DNA of 46,200 bases from Octopus bimaculoides (taxonomy: Eukaryota), in NCBI RefSeq assembly GCF_001194135.2, contig NC_068985.1, forward strand, positions 76,677,616 to 76,723,815. Reading direction: 5' to 3'. Below are positions 22,101-34,144 of this stretch, piece after piece. Positions within the stretch are counted from its first letter, which is position 1. Each line of letters begins with the position of its first letter. A model generated the notes under the pieces. That model was not told where the DNA came from. It saw only the letters and a list, made by a program, of their open reading frames with translations, and made no database searches. The translations under genes and the position numbers were made by a program.

Positions 22101-22257
22101 NNNNNNNNNNNNNNNNNNNNNNNNNNNNNNNNNNNNNNNNNNNNNNNNNNNNNNNNNNNNNNNNNNNNNNNNNNNNNNNNNNNNNNNNNNNNNNNNNNNN
22201 NNNNNNNNNNNNNNNNNNNNNNNNNNNNNNNNNNNNNNNNNNNNNNNNNNNNNNNNN

Positions 22258-22305
<48 letters not shown>

Positions 22306-22827
22306 TGTATATGTAATATGTACACATATATAACCACATATACACATGCATACATATATTTATACATATACATACATACATACACATACATATATACATA
22401 TAAATACATGTATACAAACATATATACATATATACATACATATATACATATACATACATACATACATACATACATACATACATACATACATACAAGAAGA
22501 AGCTAACAGAATATTCCCAGGCTTATCAAAAAAAAAAGCACTGGGGGTCGATTCATTTGACAAAAAATTCTTCAAGGTAGTGTTTCATATTTTTATTTGC
22601 CCACTCAATTGTATCCATCAATGTATCTTTCTGCGTATGTGTGTATATATNNNNNNNNNNNNNNNNNNNNNNNNNNNNNNNNNNNNNNNNNNNNNNNNNN
22701 NNNNNNNNNNNNNNNNNNNNNNNNNNNNNNNNNNNNNNNNNNNNNNNNNNNNNNNATATAGCGCGCGCACACACACACACACACACATATACATATATTG
22801 ACATATATGTATATGTGCATATTTATA

Positions 22828-22985
22828 TCTATTGTATAAAAGTCAATGGCTTTATGTGCGTTCGTGTGTTACTTATACATTCGAAAACTACTGCACCGAT
22901 CCTAATGAAATTTGGAACACAAAATCCAATCCTAGGAAGAAGGGTAATGATGTATGTTTCATACAATTTCAACAAAGATTCTTGC
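22828..22985 (+). mobile_element. Non-autonomous Helitron 5' portion (family H2)
   Basis: A|TCTATTGTATAAAAGTCAATG...; reverse complement of about 17620-17782. Confidence 0.78.
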
Positions 22986-23830
22986 CTTTAGCTTGCCTTC
23001 ACTTACACGAGAAATCTTTGACTCCAGGTGCTTAAAAGCGGCTCCATTCTTGTTCAGAGCCATCACAAAATTTTTCATAAGCCCTAATTTAATGTGGAGT
23101 TGTGGCAGCAGAATTTGCTTGGGGTCAACTAGTGGCACAGCTTTCACGTTGTGATTTTCGGGTAAGAAGTTGGTTCGGCGTGGTCAGTCTTTCTGTTCAT
23201 AGTGCTGGTTGTCTGCCCTACTATCCCAAAGACAAAACAAAACAGAGATACTTGGTGTATCCCTCTTGAAGACCTAACGGGAGAATAATAACTTTTAAAT
23301 CACTACATATGAGAAAATTGTAATTATGGAACTTGATGGCAATTATTAGTGCCTTCATATTTTTATAAGTTTCTGACATTTAGACACTAAGGCCAATTGG
23401 CACAGATGCAGCTGTGTTATCATTGTAGAGAAGAACAGCATTTAAACTTCTGTTAGAAGAATCAATAAAGAGCTTTCATTCATCTACTTTGTACGACATC
23501 TCCATGTGTTCAATAAAGCTAGAAATATTTGAACAGAAAACTAAAGAATCCTGTTTCACAAAGAACTGAGTGAATTCCGCTTCACGATGACACTACCAAG
23601 TGAATGTTATTTCAAAAGCTTGGAGCCTGTGTTCCTTCAGTCTAGAGCCAAGTAACTGTACACTTTCTTTTGGAAGGTTAAGATTTCTCACCAAGTCATT
23701 GAGCTAAATAGCAGCGCTTCAACAAAGGAGTAATATTGTTCCTGGAATCCTGGTGCATTTGCCAAAGACATAGCAAAATACGTCTGGTGAATTTATGCAG
23801 TCTCTAAACATATTAACAATCTGAAAATAA
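22960..23830 (-). pseudogene. DNA transposase relic, CMC/Chapaev3-like
   Basis: NSPDVFCY...LNDLVRNLNL...LLGSRL...LFIDSS.RSL.AVLL...ICSDLKV...GLQEGYTKY.C...WDSRA...HY...NVKAVPLVDPKQILLPQLHIKLGLMKNFVMAL. Transposase identity is clear; the Chapaev3 label is from memory of these motifs. Confidence 0.75.
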
Positions 23831-24780
23831 AGAAAAATATATTAGAGTTAATATTTCAGTCAATATAAGGTAAGTATTTTCATTGGTAATATACTTTATC
23901 ATTTATTTAGTTAGTAACGTTTCAGTACAACTTGAGAAACTGGTGCGATAGAGATGAATAAAAAACACCATGAATCACTATTTTTCATATATAATTCTAA
24001 AAAGATATTATACAGTCAATAAAAGAATAATGCAGACCAGTGTTATAGCTTTTAGCCATATAGACAAATCACCAGACCTTCTAGTGGGAGGCACATAGCC
24101 TCTTTACAAATAGAGGCAAGAATACAATCTAGGTCAACAAGGTTGTGAAAAAAACCGTGAAATGAAATTCATCGAAGTGGAAACCCCTTCTAAACGAGAT
24201 GGAGTTATCTCCCTTTGACTGGTTCCAGTTGTGTCCGAAAATGGTCAGTTTCCCGTTCACTACTCAGCAAGCGGGGAATTCCATGTCCTCAACATGAATT
24301 TTCTCTCATGAAGGCACGGACGAAACACCTCAGTTTTGGAAAAACAGAACAACCCACCCCCTACCCTCCGGGTCTAGGGAATTAGAACCCTTGCCTCTCG
24401 GGCAAGAAAAGTTTGCATCGTCTGCTCCATTTGAAGAATGGTCCAAGATGTTTCAGGGGCTTCCGTTTAATCTTAATATGGCTTTCCCTCTTCTGTTAAA
24501 CGCCATATGTTGTCGGCCAAAGACGTAACGTTGCACCTTTCTGGGAGACTAAAAAGTGGATTCGCGGTTATTTAGTCGCCGTTTATGTTGCTCCAATATA
24601 TATGTATATATGGCTAAAATACCCAAATTTTGCAAATTTTAAAGGCTAATAACTTTTTAATTATGAATTTATAGGAAAAATGTATCTCATTTTCATAATT
24701 AGTCTACAAAACTTAATCCATATACCAGATTTGAAAAGAACTGGAACAAAATTGTAGTCAGTGACGATTACCACACAGAT

Positions 24781-24819
<39 letters not shown>

Positions 24820-24953
24820 GCATGCGCGCACACACATACACACACAAATACACACAACGACCGTGATTTAGGAGCTTTCAACATTTAAATGATATATAAA
24901 ATCCAAATCAGGTAGTCGAATAGTGCAACTCAGTCACTGCTGTTGACTGTTAT

Positions 24954-25123
24954 TTAGTTAAAGGTGTGGCTTAAAATCTGCCCAGAGTTATCTCTCCGGT
25001 ATTTCCCATTGAGGGATTCCCGTCTGGGAATCCGATAGGAGGCAGCATTGGGTAGATATGGTGTTTTTACATCTTTTACGAAAAGAGACAATTTGTTCTC
25101 CACGGTAACTGGAGTAGATTTGC
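24954..25123 (-). CDS. Candidate terminal coding exon of an unidentified gene
   Basis: Acceptor atattttacttctaaag|, phase 1, open to TAA: (G)KSTPVTVENKLSLFVKDVKTPYLPNAASYRIPRRESLNGKYRRDNSGQILSHTFN*. Non-repetitive island with higher GC than its flanks. Confidence 0.28.
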
Positions 25124-26239
25124 CTTTAGAAGTAAAATATATCACAAATATATTCTAACGAACCTAAAACTCATTTATTCCTAATCACAGCTTGGTGCTG
25201 ATGCTGTTATATATTTTATATTTTGATCCAATTTTCTTTTCATATATTTTAATACTATTTTGTTGTGAACATCATCCGTTATATACATACATACATACAT
25301 ACATGCATATATATAAATNNNNNNNNNNNNNNNNNNNNNNNNNNNNNNNNNNNNNNNNNNNNNNNNNNNNNNNNNNNNNNNNNNNNNNNNNNNNNNNNNN
25401 NNNNNNNNNNNNNNNNNNNNNNNNNNNNNNNNNNNNNNNNNNNNNNNNNNNNNNNNNNNNNNNNNNNNNNNNNNNNNNNNNNNNNNNNNNNNNNNNNNNN
25501 NNNNNNNNNNNNNNNNNNNNNNNNNNNNNNNNNNNNNNNNNNNNNNNNNNNNNNNNNNNNNNNNNNNNNNNNNNNNNNNNNNNNNNNNNNNNNNNNNNNN
25601 NNNNNNNNNNNNNNNNNNNNNNNNNNNNNNNNNNNNNNNNNNNNNNNNNNNNNNNNNNNNNNNNNNNNNNNNNNNNNNNNNNNNNNNNNNNNNNNNNNNN
25701 NNNNNNNNNNNNNNNNNNNNNNNNNNNNNNNNNNNNNNNNNNNNNNNNNNNNNNNNNNNNNNNNNNNNNNNNNNNNNNNNNNNNNNNNNNNNNNNNNNNN
25801 NNNNNNNNNNNNNNNNNNNNNNNNNNNNNNNNNNNNNNNNNNNNNNNNNNNNNNNNNNNNNNNNNNNNNNNNNNNNNNNNNNNNNNNNNNNNNNNNNNNN
25901 NNNNNNNNNNNNNNNNNNNNNNNNNNNNNNNNNNNNNNNNNNNNNNNNNNNNNNNNNNNNNNNNNNNNNAGATGACATAAAAATTATTATGAACGCTAGG
26001 TAGACGAGCCATGAGAGGAGACAGGAAAAGCACGTTTTTTCTTTAGGAAGGAAGTGGACAGAAAGATCCCCTTTTGCCACGTGTCAGCGACGAGAGAGTC
26101 AAGGAGGAAGAGTGTGAGAGAGAGAGAGGGAACGGTGAAAGGGAGAGAAGAATAGGGAAAGGGTGGGAGAGAAAAACAGAAAGGATGAAGAACAAGAGAG
26201 GGAGAGAGATAGACAAAGAAGAGATAGTATATATATATA

Positions 26240-26960
26240 TATTATAATATTAGGGAATGTCAAAATCCAAACTTACAAGGATATTCAATTTAATAATATG
26301 AAAGTGAATTTTATAATAAAAAATATATTAATAACTTAAAGAATAACCACCAAAATACAATTCAAACAATGAAGGAGATCAGGCACCATCAAGAAAAATG
26401 TACTCTTCAAAATACTAATTTTAAAATCTATAAAATCTAAAAGAAAAGTTTATAATCCATAAAATCTATAAAACATTAGATTAAAAATTTAATTCAGTTT
26501 AGTAAGTTTATAAAAAAGAAAGTGAATTGTAGACTATGTACACTACGCGTGTTTCGTGGCCACATAATAGCAGAAAAATCTGTACAATTCACAATAAATC
26601 GATCAAGATAAATTCTACTCAGAATGAAGTCAAATTCTTCAGGTCTTTATAAATTCAAATAACGTATCCTGGTATTTAAATATAAATAAAATAAAATAGG
26701 AATAAAGTTGAAATATCAGTACGTGTAGGAAAGCTATTATTAGTACAATGCATAAAATGTCAAGGTTTAATAATAATAATCATTCAGGTTAAAGGCATAA
26801 TTCTTCTAATGAAGAAATGCTTTCTGTAGATTAAGAATAGGAAAACATATAAAAAAGATAGTGTTATTAACTAATAAATTAAATCGAACATTTAACAGTA
26901 TGAATAAAATAAACGGCATCACTTATCTTATCGAAGATTCCTTGTTGACTGTAGTAATAA
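26240..26960 (-). mobile_element. AT-rich non-coding repeat, copy 2 of the hammerhead-bearing family
   Basis: Shared blocks with 15078-15855; abuts an (AT)n tract. Confidence 0.6.
26540..26646 (-). ncRNA. Type I hammerhead ribozyme-like motif (canonical core CTGAAGA...GAAA)
   Basis: Minus strand: AGAC-CTGAAGA-[80 nt ending atgtggccac]-GAAA-C-ACGC-G-TA-GTGT. Core intact; helix I has one mismatch; the 5' strand of helix II is decayed. Confidence 0.5.
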
Positions 26961-27843
26961 CCTTAATGTATGGAATGTATACGACGAGTGTAACATGACA
27001 ATATGAAAGGGAAGAGACTGCTATTTTTCGATTAGACAGTGACTTAACAACGAAAACATACGATTTGTTTTTTTACAGTAAACGTTTCTATTGTTTTTGT
27101 TATTTTTTTTTTTTTGTTAAACACAATATTTTCATTATTTAGAAATATTTTTAAGTGACTGTGATTTAAAAAATGTAAGTTATTTGTACAATAAGTATTT
27201 ATATTTTAGCTCTCTTTAAACAGACAATATTTTGATATTTTTAAAAAATGTCTACCCGTTATTATTGGGCAAGCTAGAGTGACATTTAAAAAAGAATTTC
27301 TTCCTTTTAAATGTTTCGTTCTCGAGCCATACCAGGCTTCAATGGCGTTTATATTCCCCATCTGGACGGGACGCCGGTCTGTCGCAGGATTACTCATTTT
27401 TGCCAACTGTGTGGACTGGAGCANNNNNNNNNNNNNNNNNNNNNNNNNNNNNNNNNNNNNNNNNNNNNNNNNNNNNNNNNNNNNNNNNNNNNNNNNNNNN
27501 NNNNNNNNNNNNNNNNNNNNNNNNNNNNNNNNNNNNNNNNNNNNNNNNNNNNNNNNNNNNNNNNNNNNNNNNNNNNNNNNNNNNNNNNNNNNNNNNNNNN
27601 NNNNNNNNNNNNNNNNNNNNNNNNNNNNNNNNNNNNNNNNNNNNNNNNNNNNNNNNNNNNNNNNNNNNNNNNNNNNNNNNNNNNNNNNNNNNNNNNNNNN
27701 NNNNNNNNNNNNNNNNNNNNNNNNNNNNNNNNNNNNNNNNNNNNNNNNNNNNNNNNNNNNNNNNNNNNNNNNNNNNNNNNNNNNNNNNNNNNNNNNNNNN
27801 NNNNNNNNNNNNNNNNNNNNNNNNNNNNNNNNNNNNNATATAT

Positions 27844-27902
<59 letters not shown>

Positions 27903-27914
27903 TACATACATACA

Positions 27915-27947
<33 letters not shown>

Positions 27948-28109
27948 GGTAGGAATTTCAGTTTTTTTTTTAGTACTCCAACAACTGGTGGGAAATATAT
28001 ATTTTTAAAAAATGTCTACCCGTTATTATTGGGCAAGCTAGAGTGACATTTAAAAAAGAATTTCTTCCTTTTAAATGTTTCGTTCTCGAGCCATACCAGG
28101 CTTCAATGG

Positions 28110-28301
28110 CGTTTATATTCCCCATCTGGACGGGACGCCGGTCTGTCGCAGGATTACTCATTTTTGCCAACTGTGTGGACTGGAGCAACGTGAGATGAAG
28201 TATTTTGGTGAAGAACACAACGCGTCGTCCCGTCCAGGAATCAAAACCACAATTTTACGATCATGAATCCAACACCCTAAACACTAAGCCACACACCTCC
28301 A
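28110..28301 (-). mobile_element. SINE family C, tail type iii (ctgcgacagaccggcgtcccgtccag)
   Basis: Head on the right (reverse complement of cactaagccacacacctccac; ggaatcaaaacc box B). Partial duplicate at 27243-27423. Confidence 0.85.
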
Positions 28302-28502
28302 CGGAGAGACGTTTAATAGGCAGAAAAATGTTTTGAGTTATTTGTTCCGGATCTTTACCTTTCGAAATCAAATTCCATCCGGATCAACTTTGCTATCATC
28401 TCTTCGAGTTCCTAAAAATAAAGTAGTGGTCAAGTAATGGAGTCAATGCTATCGACTAACCCCTTTCCCTCAAATTTCAGATCTTGTACCTATACTAATG
28501 AA

Positions 28503-28843
28503 GGTGCATGGCTCAGTGGTTAGAGTGTCGGACTCACAATCATGAGGTAGCGAGTTCGATTTCCGGACCTGGCTGTGTGTTGCAATCTTGAGCAAGAAAT
28601 TTTATGTCATGTTGCTCCAGTTCACTCATTTGTAGAAATGAGTTGCGACATCACTGGTGCCAAGCTGTATCGGCCTTTGCTTTTCTCTTGAACAACATTG
28701 GTGGTGTGGAGAGGAGAGGCTGGTATATATAGGCGAATGCTAGACTTCTATAAACAACCTTGCCCGGACTTGTGCCTCGGAGGGGAACTTTCTAGGTGCA
28801 ATCTCATGGTCATTTATGACCGAAGGGGGCCTTTACCTTTACC
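28503..28843 (+). mobile_element. SINE family C, complete, tail type i
   Basis: Box A TGGCTCAGTGG, box B GAGTTCGATTTCC, cttgagcaag block, tail ...catttatgaccgaagggggcctttacc. Confidence 0.92.
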
Positions 28844-29363
28844 TATACTAGAAATGGTTACTGTACATTAGTAGTTCGGATTTATCATATCTGCACAGAA
28901 GCAATCACTTAACAAGTACTTGCAACACCTTATTGGAATCGTCTTAGAAATGAAAGTTACATATTTATTATTTGACGATTACTGGTTGGATCGAATTACT
29001 GCATGTAGCTTTGAACTATTTGTATTTAAACACTGTTTATCTTCCCTCAAAAATTGAGGTCGACATCTGTGACACGAAACCTATGAGTCATAAAAGGCTG
29101 AAACCGATTGGAAAACTAATTGGAAAATAAATCAATGAGAGACGCTTTCTGAAATATTTCAAGTTACTGATAAACGCAGCCAAATCTTGTTCAAATCGCA
29201 TTCTTCTCTCACAGAACAGAGCAAGACATGCTAGATTACAAACTCGGTAGATGGTATATATTGAACAACAATTTTAGATCCACAAGATCAGTGCTTTCTA
29301 GCGGTGAATTGGTTTTCTGCAAACATTGTTACATGTAGAGAAAACCTTCACCAGAACAGTTTA

Positions 29364-29854
29364 CAGTAATCCTTCGCCATAATGCGGTTCACCTATCGCG
29401 CCCTCAGTACATCGCGGATTTTTCTGGCTAATGTATGTAATTTTGTATCATGACCTGTTCAGTATATCGCAGGTTTCTGCAGCTTATAGGTGTTTATATT
29501 TTTTTAGATTCTAATTATTTCTGTGGTAAAAAATAAGCATTGTCACGCCTAAAAATTAACAAATTAATAAATAAAGAATACAATACAGTACTGCACTGTA
29601 TAACACATTAATTAAAATATATTAAAATGAAATACGCAGTGTACCGTAGATGAATGAACAAAGAATCGCACATAATGTATGGAAAACGAAACTCTGGAGG
29701 CGAGTGTGTGGTGTTGTTTTGCATTTATAATAAAATAAATATATACAAATTATAAAAATAATATAAATTATATACAATACAATACTGTTTCTACTTCGCG
29801 AATTTTCAGCTATCGCGGTGGGTTCTGGAACCCGCGATAGTCGAGGGATTACTG
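29364..29854. mobile_element. Tc1/mariner (Tigger/pogo-like) MITE, 491 bp
   Basis: TA|CAGTAATCCTTCG... at the left and ...CGAGGGATTACTG|TA at the right: inverted termini with a TA TSD. Confidence 0.88.
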
Positions 29855-30945
29855 TATTTGAAACGTTGTTAACCCCATGGGTAACACCCTCTTTTGGGGT
29901 ATCGCGCGGTCGCAAGAAGGTGACAACTGTCCAAGGAGGCGCTATGCGAAGCGCTNNNNNNNNNNNNNNNNNNNNNNNNNNNNNNNNNNNNNNNNNNNNN
30001 NNNNNNNNNNNNNNNNNNNNNNNNNNNNNNNNNNNNNNNNNNNNNNNNNNNNNNNNNNNNNNNNNNNNNNNNNNNNNNNNNNNNNNNNNNNNNNNNNNNN
30101 NNNNNNNNNNNNNNNNNNNNNNNNNNNNNNNNNNNNNNNNNNNNNNNNNNNNNNNNNNNNNNNNNNNNNNNNNNNNNNNNNNNNNNNNNNNNNNNNNNNN
30201 NNNNNNNNNNNNNNNNNNNNNNNNNNNNNNNNNNNNNNNNNNNNNNNNNNNNNNNNNNNNNNNNNNNNNNNNNNNNNNNNNNNNNNNNNNNNNNNNNNNN
30301 NNNNNNNNNNNNNNNNNNNNNNNNNNNNNNNNNNNNNNNNNNNNNNNNNNNNNNNNNNNNNNNNNNNNNNNNNNNNNNNNNNNNNNNNNNNNNNNNNNNN
30401 NNNNNNNNNNNNNNNNNNNNNNNNNNNNNNNNNNNNNNNNNNNNNNNNNNNNNNNNNNNNNNNNNNNNNNNNAAAAGAAAAGCAACTCAAAAACAGTATT
30501 GTCATTGTACGAAATAAAAAAAAAAGGCAATTAAATCATCGCTTTGTTGTTATTGCTGGTGAAATCTCTCCCTCTCTCTCTGCCACCTTTTATTTTACTC
30601 ATTTTTTCTTTTCTTTTTTTTTTTTCATCATCTGGGTCTCCGAGACCAGGTAACGAAGGCAAAGACACCAATATTATTTTGTTGTTGTTCCTTTTCATCT
30701 TTTACAAGCGATAGAGTCGGGGTGTTTGTTTAATATATGAAGGAGGGAAAAAAAGAGCATTTTGTTTTTTGATATTTTCTTTCTTGTCTCTCATCTGTTT
30801 ATTATCATGAACATATAAGGTGCGGTATTAATGATATTGCTTGTCAAATTACATAATAAATAAGTTATTGATTCATAAAAAGCCTTTATTATAACAAGTA
30901 GCCCAACGTATGTTCACAATGTCTGCGGGCATGGATGGTGTCTGT

Positions 30946-31270
30946 GATTGCATGTACGAATGTACGCATGCATGCATATGTATGTATGTATGAATATATA
31001 TATGAATGTATGTACATGTATGACTGTATGAATGCATGTATGTATGACTGTATGTATTTGCATGAATGTATGTATGTATGTATGTATGCATGTTTGTATG
31101 TATGTATGCTTGTGTGTATGTATCTATGTACGTATGTATGTACTTTTCTGCATGCATGTATGTATGTATATATGTATGTATGTTTGCAAGCATGTATGTA
31201 TGTATGAATAAATGCATGTATGTATGAATGTATGTATGTATGCATGTTTGTATGTATGTATGTATGTATG
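30946..31270. repeat. Degenerate (TATG)n array
   Basis: Directly visible, with tgca/tgaa variants. Confidence 0.95.
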
Positions 31271-32330
31271 AATCGCCGATTTGCTGCCAATTCAAAGGTT
31301 CTCCAGTCTATTATTCGTGACCTCCTTTATGCAGATGACTGTGACTTAATCACTCATACAGTGGAGGACATGCAAATACTCGTGAATTGCATTTCTGCTT
31401 CTTGCAAGGCATTTGGACTTGGCATTAGCCTGGATTAGACTGTTGTAATGTTCCAACCTGCACCAGGAAATCCATATGTGAAACCAGCTATCTTGGTTGA
31501 AGGAACAATTCTGAAGGTAGTAGACAAGTTTGTCTACCTGGGCAGCACACTCAGCCATTCTTGCTCCCTGGATGAGGAAATATGTTTCAAGTTGCAGAGA
31601 GCAACTAGTTCCTTCCGGTCTCTTCAGTCTCGTGTCTGGTCCCAGCATGGCATAGCAAGGCAAACAAAAGTTGCTGTGTACCGTGCTTGTGTACTAACAT
31701 CGCTCCTCTACTCGTGTGAAACATGGACTCTGTACAAACGTCAGGTAAAGGTCCTTGAACGCTTTCNNNNNNNNNNNNNNNNNNNNNNNNNNNNNNNNNN
31801 NNNNNNNNNNNNNNNNNNNNNNNNNNNNNNNNNNNNNNNNNNNNNNNNNNNNNNNNNNNNNNNNNNNNNNNNNNNNNNNNNNNNNNNNNNNNNNNNNNNN
31901 NNNNNNNNNNNNNNNNNNNNNNNNNNNNNNNNNNNNNNNNNNNNNNNNNNNNNNNNNNNNNNNNNNNNNNNNNNNNNNNNNTGTGTCAAGTCCTCATTAA
32001 AGGCCTGTGATATGCAGGACACTGACTGGGAGAATAATGCCTGTCATCGCCACAGATGGAGGAAGCAGGTTAAGGAGGGGATCAACACTTCTGAGAGAGC
32101 ACGTATCCAGCATGAAGAACTTAAGCGAGCTGCGCGAAAGTGCACGGCTCGTATAGTGAATGGGGAAAGCTTAATCTGCAATGTTTGCAGTCGTGTATGC
32201 TTATCAAGAGCAGGGTTCATTAGCCACCAACGGAGCCGTAAATGCAAAATGTAAGTTAGTACTAGAGCGCAGAATATTCCTGAAGGTCGGCAACGGTCTT
32301 CCTCGGTCACGAGTGGATGGCCATCATCAA
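31271..32330 (+). pseudogene. 5'-truncated RTE (BovB-like) LINE: RT C-terminal half, C2H2-like end and 3' UTR
   Basis: IRDLLYADDCDL...FGLGISL...VVDKFVYLGSTLS...KVAVYRACVLTSLLYSCETWTLY...W...A.HRHRWR...CNVCSRVCLSRAGFISHQR*. One in-frame stop and an N-gap. Confidence 0.93.
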
Positions 32331-32417
32331 TGTATGTATGCATGCATGTATATATGTATGTATATATGTATGACTGTATGAATACATGTATGTGTGTATG
32401 TATGTATAATGTTAATT

Positions 32418-32669
32418 CTTTTATTCTTTTATTTGTTTCAGTCATCAGAACGTGGCCATGCTGGAGCACCGCCTTGAAGAATATTAGTTGAACGAATCAA
32501 CCCTTGCACTCTTTTTTCTAAGCTTGGTATTATTCTATCGGCTCTTTTGTCAAACCGCTAAGTTACGGGGACATTAACACACCAACACCGGTTTTCAAGC
32601 GATTGTAGGGAACAAAAACAGACACAAAGACACACACACATCCATACATACATACATACATACATACAT

Positions 32670-32700
<31 letters not shown>

Positions 32701-32886
32701 TACAGACAGACAGACAGACAGACATACATATGACGGGCTTCTTTCAGTTTCGAATCCACTCACAAGGCTTTGATCGGCCCGAGGCTATAAGTGGGAAACA
32801 CTCGTCCAAGGTGTCACGCAGTGAGACTGAATCCGGAACCATGTGGTTAGGAGCAAACTTCTTACCACACAACCCCGTCTACGCCT
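32418..32886 (-). mobile_element. SINE family A, complete, with an internal (CATA)/(CAGA) tract
   Basis: Reverse complement of the 19368-19785 architecture. Confidence 0.9.
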
Positions 32887-32930
32887 AGATGGACGGACGG
32901 ACGGACGGATGGATGGATGGATATCGTGAA

Positions 32931-33088
32931 GGTACGTAGCTTAGTGGTTAGGGTATTTGGTTAACGATCGTAAGGTCGTGAGTTCGATATCCAGTGGTGC
33001 GTTTTGTCCTTGAGCAAGACACTTTATTTCACGTTGCTCCAGTCCAGTCAGCTGACAAAATGAGTTGTACCTGTAATTCAAAGGTCAC
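32931..33088 (+). mobile_element. SINE family C (tail type ii), 3'-truncated
   Basis: tagcttagtggttagg, gagttcgatatcc, ttgagcaagacactttatttcacgttgctccag. Confidence 0.85.
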
Positions 33089-33104
33089 GTTTATTATTTT
33101 TTTT

Positions 33105-33295
33105 TTTTTGTTTCCCCGAATGAAAAAAGTCCTAAAAGGAAAACGTTTTACAGATGTGGAAAAGGTGAAGAAAGAATCGGTGGAAGCGTTAAAAGCATCA
33201 CTTCGCAAGAGTTCCAGGACTCCTTCGAACAGTGGAAAACATCTGGACTGATGCATTACTTCAAATGGAGAATACTTTGAAGGCGATAAAAGTGT
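33105..33295 (+). pseudogene. Mariner transposase C-terminal fragment
   Basis: FLFPRMKKVLKGKRFTDVEKVK...FQDSFEQWK...CITSNGEYFEGDK across frameshifts. Confidence 0.88.
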
Positions 33296-34144
33296 AAACA
33301 TGTAAAGCTAAGNNNNNNNNNNNNNNNNNNNNNNNNNNNNNNNNNNNNNNNNNNNNNNNNNNNNNNNNNNNNNNNNNNNNNNNNNNNNNNNNNNNNNNNN
33401 NNNNNNNNNNNNNNNNNNNNNNNNNNNNNNNNNNNNNNNNNNNNNNNNNNNNNNNNNNNNNNNNNNNNNNNNNNNNNNNNNNNNNNNNNNNNNNNNNNNN
33501 NNNNNNNNNNNNNNNNNNNNNNNNNNNNNNNNNNNNNNNNNNNNNNNNNNNNNNNNNNNNNNNNNNNNNNNNNNNNNNNNNNNNNNNNNNNNNNNNNNNN
33601 NNNNNNNNNNNNNNNNNNNNNNNNNNNNNNNNNNNNNNNNNNNNNNNNNNNNNNNNNNNNNNNNNNNNNNNNNNNNNNNNNNNNNNNNNNNNNNNNNNNN
33701 NNNNNNNNNNNNNNNNNNNNNNNNNNNNNNNNNNNNNNNNNNNNNNNNNNNNNNNNNNNNNNNNNNNNNNNNNNNNNNNNNNNNNNNNNNNNNNNNNNNN
33801 NNNNNNNNNNNNNNNNNNNNNNNNNNNNNNNNNNNNNNNNNNNNNNNNNNNNNNNNNNNNNNNNNNNNNNNNNNNNNNNNNNNNNNNNNNNNNNNNNNNN
33901 NNNNNNNNNNNNNNNNNNNNNNNNNNNTATGTATATATAGATATATATATATATGTATATATATATGTATATATATATGTATTGTATATATATATATATA
34001 TATACAAGTATTGTATATATATATGTGTGGGGGGGGGGATGTGGGTGTGTGTGTATTGTATCTGGCTAATGAAAGAGAATTCTTCAAACTATAATATCAA
34101 ATGAAAGATTGCTAAATGAACAAGGCCTTATAAAGCTGTCAATG

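Noticed and set aside
24090-24240. Possible CAC terminus of the Chapaev-like element near 24233
   Set aside because: No matching opposite terminus or TSD is visible, so the boundary is not claimed.
27243-28185. ~180-bp identical duplication (27243-27423 and about 28003-28183)
   Set aside because: The first copy ends exactly at an N-gap; likely an assembly or haplotype artefact.
28503-28575. tRNA-like sequences with box A/B (also at 19368, 20391, 32931, 5688)
   Set aside because: They continue into SINE bodies and lack a full cloverleaf acceptor stem; these are SINE heads, not tRNA genes.
30500-30660. Pyrimidine tract followed by CAG|GTAACG
   Set aside because: No acceptor-ORF-donor unit could be assembled and the region adjoins a gap.
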